A stretch of DNA of 64,000 nucleotides, taken from positions 8,600,494 through 8,664,493 of the forward strand of contig NC_057718.1 in assembly GCF_004010195.1 (NCBI RefSeq), written 5' to 3'. Positions 1-9,930 of the stretch are shown here, piece by piece. Source of the stretch: Chiloscyllium plagiosum (taxonomy: Eukaryota). The notes under the pieces are model-generated. The model had not been told where the DNA came from, did no database searches, and was given only the letters and a program-made list of their open reading frames with translations. Numbering within the stretch: position 1 is the first letter of the stretch; each line of letters begins with the position of its first letter. The position numbers were made by a program, and so were the translations under genes.

Positions 1-377
1 ACTTTCTGCAGTTCTCTGCTTTGAGAACATACATTGACACCCTTGGATCAGTGACCATTGAGCTATAATCATGAATTCAAAAGGTACAGTTGCCATAAAG
101 AATGACAACTGTGATGAGTTGAACCGAAGTGTCACCACACCCCAGACAAGGGGAAAGGTGAGAAGATAGAAACTTCATGATACCTTCAGCTGGTGTGAGG
201 ATTGAACTCATACTGTTGGTGTTCACTGTGCATCATACACCATCTGCCTGGCGAATGAAGACCATCAATGCTGGCTCTTTGCAGGTGCTATTAGACCACA
301 CTACTCACCTCTTCACTAAACTCACCCTGTCCATTCTCCTGCTGTTCTCAGTTACGTATTTAAATGCATTTTTTTTT

Positions 378-1095
378 ACAGGGGATGGGGTTTGGTTTGT
401 AATGCAGAATGACACCAATAGCATGGTTTCATCATCGATGGTCCCTCACAGATGAGGATGACTCTCTCCCTCGCTCAAGGTGAGTCTGTAGATAGCTGTA
501 CAGACCGATGGGGCTATCGCAGGCTCTGTTACACCTGGGGCAGCAGGTGGTGATGGGAAGGGGTGGCTGGGGCATTAGCGAAGCAGTGTGATCCTTACGG
601 TGTTTTCTACCGGCTTCCATTTCTTCCGGACGGCAACTCTCAGCGCTTTCTCGAATGCTCCTCCTCCATTTTGGATGGTCTTGGGCCGGTGATTCCCAGG
701 TGACAGTGGGACTGCCGCACTTCCCCAGTGGGGCCTTGAGGGTATCCCTGAAGAACTTCCTCTGTCCTCCTGCTGTTTCGAAGGTGGAAGTAGAGCACTG
801 GTTTAGGGACTCTCGTATGGGTCATGGGGATGACGTGCCCAGCCGACCGTAGCCGATTGACGGGTGCGGTCAATGGTTCGATGCTGGGGATGTTGGCCTG
901 GTTGAGGACACTGATGTTCTTCCCGACGGATTTGCAGGATCTTCCTCAGGGGCTGAGGTTATCATGAAGGACTCTCATTTACAAATTCTCCTCTTGCCTA
1001 CGGCATGATGACCCTCAGATGAAACCATAACCAGTCACCTCTCTCTAATGAAAGAACAGCCCAATGGTCTGGTAGAACCATCACAGCTTCAATTT
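378..1095 (+). mobile_element. Old SINE-like repeat split by an RTE insertion; related copies at ~130-250(-), 11872-12000(-), 15465-15945(-), 21490-21680(+), 23520-23704(+)
   Basis: Recurrent motif chain TGGTTTGTAATGCAGA..GGGTTCAATTC (B-box-like)..GCTGAGGTTA..ACCACCAGTC..CTCTCTAATGA shared among the listed copies. Confidence 0.6.
430..950 (-). mobile_element. RTE-clade LINE 3' fragment (decayed)
   Basis: Minus-strand peptides LRSAGHVIPMTHTRVPKPVLY (RTE 'LRWAGHV.RM...R.PK..LY') and C-terminal zinc finger CPRCNRACDSPIGLYS; short (ATG)n-like tail at 430. Confidence 0.8.
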
Positions 1096-1881
1096 TTAAG
1101 AGCTGAAAGGAATTCACAAAAACAGATATGTGGTTGAATGTTCATACTTATCCAAAGAGAAATAAATTGTAGGGCTAAATGGAAAGGTTGAGGGGATGGT
1201 AGTGGTGATTGGTGACCTGCTCTTGCAGGCGCCCAACACTAAAATGATGGACTGAATGGTCTTCACCTGTGATTCCTTTCAAGAATTACAATTTCAAATT
1301 TTTAGTGAAAGGTTTCAGCGCTTGTGTTTATACAAATTAGAATGGGAACAATCCATGTATTCACTCTAATTTGCATATGTAAACATATTTATAATTAGCA
1401 TAATTGATCTTAAACGGTCCCCCTTAAGCTCTCCAATTGTGGGACATTGGGAAAGGATTGTCTGGAAATTCACCTGCTCTGTGTAGGTTAATCGCAACGA
1501 AGCTACGTTTTGAAGAGTCGTACACGGAATAATTATTAGTATTTTGAGTTGGAGAAAGGATAGAGAGGGCTGATGCCAACATTAATATCAGCTCTCGCTG
1601 CCATCTTCGATTGTTGCCTGTTTGTTGAAAATAAATTGGTACATGCAAGTCAGGTCCTGACGCTGTTTTGTCATTCACTGCAGTCACTTTGATCTTTGTC
1701 ACAAGGCTGTAATTATGTTTCCGATAGCGAACACTTGGGGAATGACAGAAAAGGTTTGAACAGATGTTAAACTTAATATAGATACGCTGTTGAGTAAATA
1801 GGTCACAGCAGCTGTTTCCTGTCACCTTGAAGGAATAAACAAAAGAAGTTGCATTTACGTAGAGCCTCACATCCTCAAGAC

Positions 1882-3260
1882 GTCATAGACTCTTAGAGTC
1901 ATAGGGTGGTAGAGATGTACAGCGTGGAAACAAAACCTTCGGTCCAACCCGTCCATGCCGACCAGATATCCCAACCCAATCTAGTCCCACCTGCCAACAC
2001 CTGGCCCATATCTCCCCAAACCATTCCTATTCATATACCCATCCAGGTGCCTTTTAAATGATGCAATTATATCAGCCTCCACCACTCCCTCTGGCAGCTC
2101 ATTCCATACCCGTACCACACTCTGTGTGAAAAGGTTGCCCCTTAGGTCTCTTTTATATCTTTCCCCTCTCACTCTAAACCTATGCCCTCTAGTTCTGGAT
2201 TCCCCGACCCCAGGATAGGGGTCGGGGAACCCATGGATAGGATAAATAGACTTTGTCTATTTATCCTATCCATGCCCCTCATAATTTTGTAAACCTCTAT
2301 AAGGTCAACCCTCAGCCTCCGACGCTCCAGGGAAAACAGCCCCAGCCTGTTCAGCCTCTCCAGCCTCTCCCTATAGCTCAAATCCTCCAACATCCTTGTA
2401 AATCTTTTCTGAACACTTTCAAGTTTCACAACATTTTTCCAATAGGAAGGAGACCAGAATTGCACAAATATTCCAACAGTGGCCTAACCAATGTCCTGTA
2501 CAGACGCAACATGAGCTCCCAACTCTTGTACTCAATACTCTGACCAATAAAATAAGCCTGCTTCACTATCTTACCTACCTGCGACTCCACTTTCAAGGAG
2601 CTATGAACCTGCATTCCAAGGTCTTTGTTCAACAACACTCCCTAGGACCTTACCATTAAGTGTATAAGTCATGCTAAGATTTGCTTTCCCAAAATGCAGT
2701 ACCTCGCATTTATCTGAATTAAACTCCATCTGCCACTTCCCAGACCATTGGCCCATCTGGTCCAGATTCTGCTGTAATCTGAGGTCACCCTCTTCGCTGT
2801 CCACTGCACCTCCAATTTTGGTATCATCTCCAAACTTACTAACTCTACCTCTTATGCTCACATCCAAATCATTTATGTAAATGACAAAAAGTAGTGGACC
2901 CAGCACCAATCCTTGTGGCACTCCACTGGTCACAGGCCTCCAGTCTGAAAAACAACCCTCCACCCCGATTCTCTGTCTTCTGCCTTTGAGCCAGTTCTGT
3001 ATCCAAATGGCTAGTTCTCCATGTATTCCATGAGATTTAACCTTGCTAATCAGTCTCCCATGGGGAACCTTGTCGAACGCCTTACTGAAGTCCATATAGA
3101 TCACATCTACTGCTCTGCCCTCATCAATCTTCTTTGTTACTTCTTCAAAAAACTCAATCAAGTTTGTGAGACATGATTTCCCATATCGATGATACAAATA
3201 TCTCAGCAAGAGGCCCAGCAATCACTTCTCTGACTTCCCACAGAGTTGTAAGGTACACTG
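1882..3260 (-). mobile_element. CR1/HER1-type LINE, 3' part of ORF2 (RT) plus 3'UTR, with internal deletion
   Basis: ORF 2601-3221 contains KSCLTNLIEFF, DVIYMDFSKAFDKVPH, SGVPQG, FGDDTK; (CTATGACT)n-type tail at 1882-1903. Confidence 0.95.
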
Positions 3261-3913
3261 CGGGGGCCAGTGACAATAATTCTATTAGATTTAAAATAGT
3301 GATGGAAAAGGATAGACCAGATCTGAAAGTTGAAGTTATAAATTGGAGAAAGGCCAATTTTGATGGTACTCGTCAAGAATTTTCAGAAGTTGATTGGGTG
3401 CAGATGTTCGCAGGTAAAGGGACGGCTGGAAAATGGGAAGCCTTCAGAAATTAGATAACGAGAATCCAGAGAAAGTATATTCCTGTTAAGGTAAAAGGAA
3501 AGGCTGGTAGGTATAGGGAATGCTGAATGACTAAAGAAATTGAAGGCTTAGTTACGAAAAAGAAGGAAGCCTTTGTTAGGTATAGACAGGATCGATCGAG
3601 TGAATCCTTAGAAGAGTACAGAGGAAGTAGGAGTATACTTAAGAGGGAAATCAGGAGGGCAAAACGGGGACATGAGCTAGCTTTGGCAAATAGAATTAAG
3701 GAGAATCCAAAGGGGTTTACAAATATATTAAGGACAATAGGGCAACTAGGGAGAGAATAGGGCCCCTCAAAGATCAGCAAGGCGGCCTTTGTGTGGAGCC
3801 GCAAAAAATGGGGGAGATACTAAACGAGTATTTTGCATCAGTATTTACTGTGGAAAAGGATATGGAAGATATAGAAAGCAGGGAAAAAGATGGTGACACC
3901 TTGCAAAAAAAAA
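3261..3913 (+). mobile_element. Inverted 5' segment of the same CR1 LINE (end of endonuclease plus linker)
   Basis: SDNNSIRFKIV..NWRKANFD..REIRRAKRGHE..IKENPKGF..LNEYFASVFT on the + strand; colinear with the part just upstream of the minus-strand segment. Confidence 0.9.
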
Positions 3914-3979
3914 GTCCGAAAGCAGCAAGTTCCCAGAAGCTAGAAGCAATAATGTGATAATGGACAGATAATCACTTCC

Positions 3980-4227
3980 TGTGCCAACATCCCGGGCATG
4001 GAGGCACTGACTCCACCCCTTGATCGGCTACAATGAACTGGACACGGCATCCTCATGACTGATACGAGATTCCCCAAACACGGGGCTCTACTCCCAGCTC
4101 CAAAACAGCAGGATGGCCTCAGGCTGGACAGAGGACATGTTTCAGGCTACCCTCAAGGCCTCACTGGGGAAGCGCAGCATTCCCAAAAGACACCTGGGAA
4201 TCTCCAACTCAAGATCGTCCAAAGAAT
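3980..4227 (+). mobile_element. RTE-clade LINE fragment
   Basis: Resembles 640-900 in reverse (GCCAACATCCC..CATGACTGATACGAGATTCCCCAAAC..TACCCTCAAGGCCTCACTGGGGAAG). Confidence 0.75.
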
Positions 4228-4364
4228 GAGCCTCATTCCTGATGAAGAGCTTATGCCTGAAATGTTGATTCTCCTGCTCGTCAGGTGCTGCCCGACCTGC
4301 TGTGCTTTTCCAGCACCACACTCTTGACGCTAATATTCAGCATCTGCAGTCCTCGCTTTCTCCT
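4228..4364 (+). mobile_element. PLE terminal repeat, family A, with hammerhead-like core
   Basis: CTGATGA(4239)-AGAGCTTATGCCT-GAAA-TGTT followed by CTGCTGTGCTTTTCCAGCACCAC..CATCTGCAGTCCTC; same family at 7155-7487, 8205-8410, 15948-16118, 20454-20788, 23069-23155, 23705-24923, 39070-39176, 49537-49623, 59857-59920. Confidence 0.75.
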
Positions 4365-4384
4365 AGATAATCACTTCCAGTGAC

Positions 4385-4482
4385 AAAAACAGAAATCAGC
4401 AAAGAAACTCAGAAGATCTGGCAGCATCTGAGGTGAGAAAGAAGAATGAACATTCCAGGCCCAGTGACCGTTCTTCAGAACA
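4385..4482 (-). mobile_element. PLE terminal repeat, family C (partial)
   Basis: AAAAACAGAAAT..GAAACTCAG..TCTGGCAGCATCTG; ends at TTCTTCAGAAC (reverse of GTTCTGAAGAA); related to 12018-12226, 20270-20825, 57085-57210. Confidence 0.6.
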
Positions 4483-4644
4483 GTTTGGTTTTGTAATCTC
4501 ATCCAGTGTTGTTAGGTTGGGCATAAATAATTGGAACAAGCACCACGGGGAACAACTTCACAAAAAAATTCAATTTATCTCTAGTCATAGAAGAGGTACC
4601 AGAGGACCTAAAGGGGAGACAGTGTGGTATCGTTATTCAAGAAG

Positions 4645-6005
4645 GGATTAGGGGATAGACCAGGAAACTAGAGGCTAGTCTGTCTCATATTGGTGGTGGC
4701 AAAATTATTGGGGGCAATTTTGATGGACAGAATTATTCTGCAATTTGAGAGGTAGGGATTAATCAAAAACGGCTTTGTTTTGTTAAAAGGAGCCATATCT
4801 GACCAACTTGATTGAATTTTTTGAAGAGTTGACCAAGTGTGAAGATAAGGGCAATGATTGTGATATAGTCCACCTGGACTTCAGCAAGGCTTTTGCCAAG
4901 GTCCTGCGTGGGAGACTGATAGCAAGGATAAGAGCCTGTGGGATCCAAGGAAATTTTGCAAATTTGATCCACATTTGACTGAATGGAAAAAAGCAGAGGA
5001 TGATGGTTGAAGGGTTTTTTTTGACTGGGTGTTTGTATCTAGTCGGGTCCCATTATTGGGGCCCTTGCTGTGTGTGATATACATAAATGACTTGGACTTG
5101 AATGTAGGAAGATTGGTCAGTAAGTGTACGGATTATACAAAAAATTATGGGGTGATAGGATCGTGAGGAGGATGGCCTTCGACTACAGGAGGATATCAAT
5201 GGGTTGATCAGTGGCAAATGGAATTAAATCCAGATAAATATGAGGTGCTGCACTCAAGCAGGACAAACAAGGCAAGGGATTAAATGATGAATGGTAAGAC
5301 CCTGGGAAGCATTAAGGATCAAAGGGACCTTTGTGTGTATTTTCATCAGTCCCTTAAGATATCAGTACAGATAGACAAAGTGGTTAGAAGGCATATGGTA
5401 TACTTGCTTTAATTAGTCCAGGCATAGAATTTAAGAGCAGGGAGGTTATGCTGGAACTGTATTCAATACTAGTGAGGCTACAGACAGAGTATTGTGTGCA
5501 GTTCTGGAATCCACATTATAAGAGGGAAGTGATAGCACTGGACAGGGTTCAGGGGAGATTTACCAACACGGGCTGGAGATTTTCAGTTCTGCCTGGGCTG
5601 GACCGACTGGGATTGATTTCCTTTGAGCAGAGGAGACTGAGTGGGGACATGATTGAGATGGAAAAAGTGGGGACATGAATGAGATGGAAAAAGTCTTGAG
5701 GGGCATAGATAGGGTAGACATAAAGAAATGTTTCCTCTGGGTGGGGGCATCAATGACCAAAGGATATAGATTTAAGGAAATGGGTAGAAGGTTTAGAGGA
5801 GATGTGAGATAAATAATTTTCACCCAGATGGAGGTGGGAATCTGGAGCTGTGGAGGTGGTAGAGACAGAAACTCTCACAGCGTTTCAAAAGGATTTAGAT
5901 GTAGATTTGAGATACTAGGGCAGACAAGGTTATGGGAAAAGTGCTGGAAAATTGGGGGATTAGAATAGTGAAGCGGTTGTTTTTGGCTGGTGTGGAAATG
6001 ATGGA
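4645..6005 (+). mobile_element. Decayed CR1-type LINE (RT domain to 3' end)
   Basis: Frameshifted remnants of LTNLIEFF, DFSKAF, YINDLD, EYCVQFW.PHY and the typical 3'UTR. Confidence 0.9.
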
Positions 6006-6008
6006 AAT

Positions 6009-6520
6009 GAGGAAAAGCTGAGGGACTTGAGGTTGTTTTCGTGAGAGAGAAGAAGGTTGAGAGGTGACTTAATAGAGCTGCAAAGGGCCTGTACTGCGCT
6101 GTATTTTTCTATGTTCTATGTTCTATGTATGACTTGAGGTTGTTTTCGTGAGAGAGAAGAAGGTTGAGAGGTGACTTAATAAAGACATAAGATAATCAGA
6201 CGGTTAGAGAGGGGTGGACAGGGTGAGCCTTTTTCCAAGACGAGGTGGCGCGAGCACGAGGAAGCATAGCTTTAAATTGAGGGGTGATGGATATAGGATA
6301 GATGTCAGAGGTAGTTTCTTTACTCAGAGAGTATTATGGGTATGGAATGCTTTGGCTGCAACGGTAGTAGATTTGCCAACTTTACATTTAAATCTTTATT
6401 GGACAAGGATATGGACGTACATGGAATAGTGTAGGTTAGATGGGCTTCAGGTTGGTATGACAGGTCGGCGCAACATCGAGGGCCGAAGGGCCTGTACTGC
6501 GCTTTAATGTTCTATGTTAA
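6009..6520 (+). mobile_element. CR1 3' fragment containing a nested 56-bp CR1 tail insert flanked by a 51-bp duplication
   Basis: LFS.E.RRLRGDL remnant, (TTCTATG)n tails at ~6106-6127 and ~6510; exact repeat 6024-6074 = 6131-6181. Confidence 0.85.
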
Positions 6521-6790
6521 TTGATTCTGCCTCTACTGCTGTCTGGGACAGTGAGTTCCACAGATCCACAACTCTCTGATAGATGTAGTTTCTCCTCATC
6601 TCAGTTTTGAACCTACTTTCTATCACTCTTTCTCTATGCCCTGTTGGTTGAGACTGTCTCACAAGGGGGTGATCACTGCGATCCTTATCAATCTCCTTTA
6701 GCATTTTATATACCTCAGTCAGATTTCCCTTCATTCTTCTGACCTCCAGCAAGTTCAAGTCCATTCCTCATACAGCAACCCTGGATGAGA
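6520..6790 (-). mobile_element. CR1 3' ORF2 fragment
   Basis: ORF 6504-6764: RRMKGNLTEVYKML..RVVDLWNSL. Confidence 0.85.
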
Positions 6791-7010
6791 AACAGTGTAA
6801 GAGTAAAAGGTTGGAAGGAACAGTGAAAGCACAGAATAATGAATGAGAGAAAAAGAGGAGAGATAGGAACAGTAAAAAGTTGACAATATGAAAATGAGTG
6901 AGAAGTTGTGAGAAACAGACAGCGAATGAGAACTTGAGAGAGGGATAAAATGATTACCAAAGGCTTTCATGTGTCATCAAAAGTATCTGTTATCTCTTTT
7001 ACATCTGGTT

Positions 7011-7145
7011 AATTAGATAAGATTTGATTCCCTACAGTATGGAAACAGGCCATTTGACCCAACAAGTCCACACTGACCCTCCGGAGAGTAACCCACCCAG
7101 ACCAAATCCCCAACCCTATATTTACCCCTGACTAATGCACCTAAA
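7011..7145 (-). mobile_element. HE1-type SINE 3' fragment
   Basis: TGGAAACAGGCC..CCCAACAAGTCCACAC matches the 3' end of other HE1 copies. Confidence 0.75.
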
Positions 7146-7154
7146 CTAGGCAAA

Positions 7155-7487
7155 AGTGAGGACTGCAGATGCTGGAAACCAGACTCTAGATTAGAGTGGT
7201 GCTGGAAAAACACAGCAGGNNNNNNNNNNNNNNNNNNNNNNNNNNNNNNNNNNNNNNNNNNNNNNNNNNNNNNNNNNNNNNNNNNNNNNNNNNNNNNNNN
7301 NNNNNNNNNNNNNNNNNNNNNNNNNNNNNNNNNNNNNNNNNNNNNNNNNNNNNNNNNNNNNNNNNNNNNNNNNNNNNNNNNNNNTCGATTCTCCTGTTCC
7401 CTGGATGCTGCCTGACCTGCTGCGCTTTTCCAGCAACACATTTCCAGCTCTGATCTCCAGCATCTGCAGACCTCACTTTCTCCTCAA
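7155..7487. mobile_element. PLE family A fold-back element spanning an assembly gap (N 7220-7384)
   Basis: GAGGACTGCAGATGCTGGA.. on the left and ..TCCAGCATCTGCAGACCTC on the right are inverted copies. Confidence 0.7.
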
Positions 7488-7840
7488 AGGTGACTTAATA
7501 GAGACATGCAAGATAATCAGAGGGTTAGATAGGGTGGACGGGGAGAACCGTTTCCTCATATGGTGATGGCCAGCACGAGGGGACATAGCTTTAAATTGAG
7601 GGGCGATAGATATAGGACAGATGTCAGAGATAGTTTCTTTACTCAGTAAGTAGTAGGGGTGTGGAATGCCCTGCCTGCAACAGTAGTAGGCTCACCAACT
7701 TTAAGGGCATTTAAATTGTCATTGGATAAACATATGGATGAAAATGGAATAGTGTAGGTTAGATGGGCTTCAGATTGGTTTAACGAGTCAGTGCAACATT
7801 GAGGGCCGAAGGGCCTGTATTGCGCTGTAATGTTCCATGT
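7488..7840 (+). mobile_element. CR1 3' fragment, same subfamily as 6170-6520
   Basis: Near-colinear with 6170-6520, ending GGGCCGAAGGGCCTGTATTGCGCTGTAATGTTC. Confidence 0.85.
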
Positions 7841-8824
7841 TGATGGGTTGAAGGGCTTTTCATGTAGATCGCCACGAAAATACCTCTTTGAAGTGCTATC
7901 AGAGGGTATGTTATGTCCACTTGGAGATGGAGTGTTGGTTTTACCTTCAGTTGATGTCTATCCATGTACTGCTGCAGTTTTGAACAGAGGAGCTGAATGG
8001 CGTAAAGATCAACACTTGGATCCAGCAGCACATTGCATTGAGAGGACTCAGTGTTTGCACCCACAATTCACTGCACAACATATCCCAATGTTATGCATCA
8101 ACGTGGAAAATAACGGATAATCTTAGAGAGAATGAGGGCTGCAGTGGCCCTTCTAATGAAGGCTCCAAACCTGAAGTGACAGGTTTGATTTTAGCTCATT
8201 TGGAGACGGTAAGGACTGCAGATGCTAGAAGTCAGGGTCAATAGATGTGAGGCAGGAAAAGCACAGCAGGTCAGACAGCATTGAGGAGCAGGAAAGTCAA
8301 AGTTTCAGTCAATGTTGGTCAAAGGTTTTGGTCAGAAATGTTGACTCCCTGCCCTTCAGATGCTGTGTGACCTGCTGTACCTTTCCAGCTTCACATCAAT
8401 TGACTCTTAATTTTAATCCAACTAAATTGAATCAGTAATATTCTTGCTCACATTGGTCTCAGTAGATTTTAACTGGAGAATGGATCACTGTAAATATTTC
8501 AAAAGGGTTTGGAGAAAGGACAAAGGACAATAGCACTGAGTGGGCAAATCTCTCAGTGATGAAGCATCAAGGCTGTTAAAAGTGCAAGTGACGATTTTCT
8601 TTTACACAAGAGGATTTTGGATGTTTGAAGGTATTGCCAGGGAGAAGACAGTCTCGATTACAAATGGGACAGTGAAAGATGGTACCTACAACCATCTAAG
8701 GCATAACGTTACCTAGGTACAGATTCTTGAGCACAATTTCTTCGGAGAAAGAAGTTAGAAAAGTTTTTAAAAATCCAGCATTACAGACCACAGGAATAAA
8801 CTAGGAAAAGTTCCGAATAACAAA

Positions 8825-9050
8825 GTTAAAAATCACACAGCATCAGGTTATAGTCCGACAGGTTTAATTGGAAGCACTAGCTTTCGGAGCGCCGATCCTT
8901 CATCAGGTGGTTGGGCTGATCAGATGCCCAACCTGATGAAGGAGCAGGGCTCTGAAAGCTAGTGCTTCCAATTAAACCTGTTGGACTATAACCTGGTGTT
9001 GTGTGATTTTTAACTTTATACACCCCAGTCCAACACCGGCATCTCCGAAT
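8825..9050. mobile_element. PLE family B fold-back element (~190-bp hairpin) with two oppositely oriented hammerhead cores
   Basis: Arms ~8825-8916 and ~8926-9014 are reverse complements; cores at 8878-8906(-) and 8933-8961(+). Confidence 0.8.
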
Positions 9051-9209
9051 CATGATTACTGTCCAAATGACAATCCTTCCAAACCAGTCCACACTGGCAC
9101 CTAGCAAATTGTAGACTTTTCACTGTACTAATTTGAATACGTGTGATAATAAAAGGATTTCGAATTCTAAATCCAGTACAGAATGCAAGGGACTAAGGCA
9201 TTTCGAAAC

Positions 9210-9847
9210 TGTTATGGACTAGGCCAGATTACTCAAAACATTCTTAAGCAGGCAGCCCCAGACCATAACTTTGCAATTTGTTTCAGTAACTGTACAGTAA
9301 AAATTATCAGGAGTATGTTAGCTAAGTTGACTACATGTTTTAAGACAGACAAACATTTATTCACAAAATTACAGAATGAAACACAAAGAACAGAATATAG
9401 GATACCCACAGAACTCAGTCTAACCAAACAAGACTTAATTATGCTGTTCTGAAAATATGCAATAAACAAACCCCTTAACCACAGTAAAAGTGAAACTGAG
9501 GCTTACAGGTCGAAGTTAGAAGGGCAGAAGGAGAGAGAGTCTAACAGCCTGTTCCACACAACCCCACTGCTGAACTGACACTAAAGTTCTGAACTGAACT
9601 GCACAGCTAGAGAGCCGGCCATGCACTCTTTCATTTTTCAGGTTACTTCTAAAACATGAAAGCTTGGATCTAAAGTCTCATCTGTTCATGTGTAAACAAA
9701 TAGGCCTCCCAATTCCCTTTTCATCTCTGTACTAAACCGGTCAATTTGGAGCCTGGTCTGTTGTATGACCCTACTGAGAAAGAACCAAGGACACAGTAAC
9801 CTTGAGGAAAGGAACAGCTTTTCATGAAAAGGACCATCTTTCTGACA
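9210..9847. mobile_element. Solo LTR (638 bp)
   Basis: Begins TGTTA, ends TGACA; 4-bp TSD AAAC at 9206-9209 and 9848-9851; related copy at 54997-55606. Confidence 0.8.
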
Positions 9848-9930
9848 AAACTTTAGCATTTTCTGGATTTTCAAGAGATATTATAATGCCTAAGCACAAG
9901 TGTGTGAACTGGATAACACTGTGGATATAG

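Noticed and set aside
1424..1870. 148-aa minus-strand ORF as a host gene
   Set aside because: No recognisable domain, non-ATG start and no convincing splice context.
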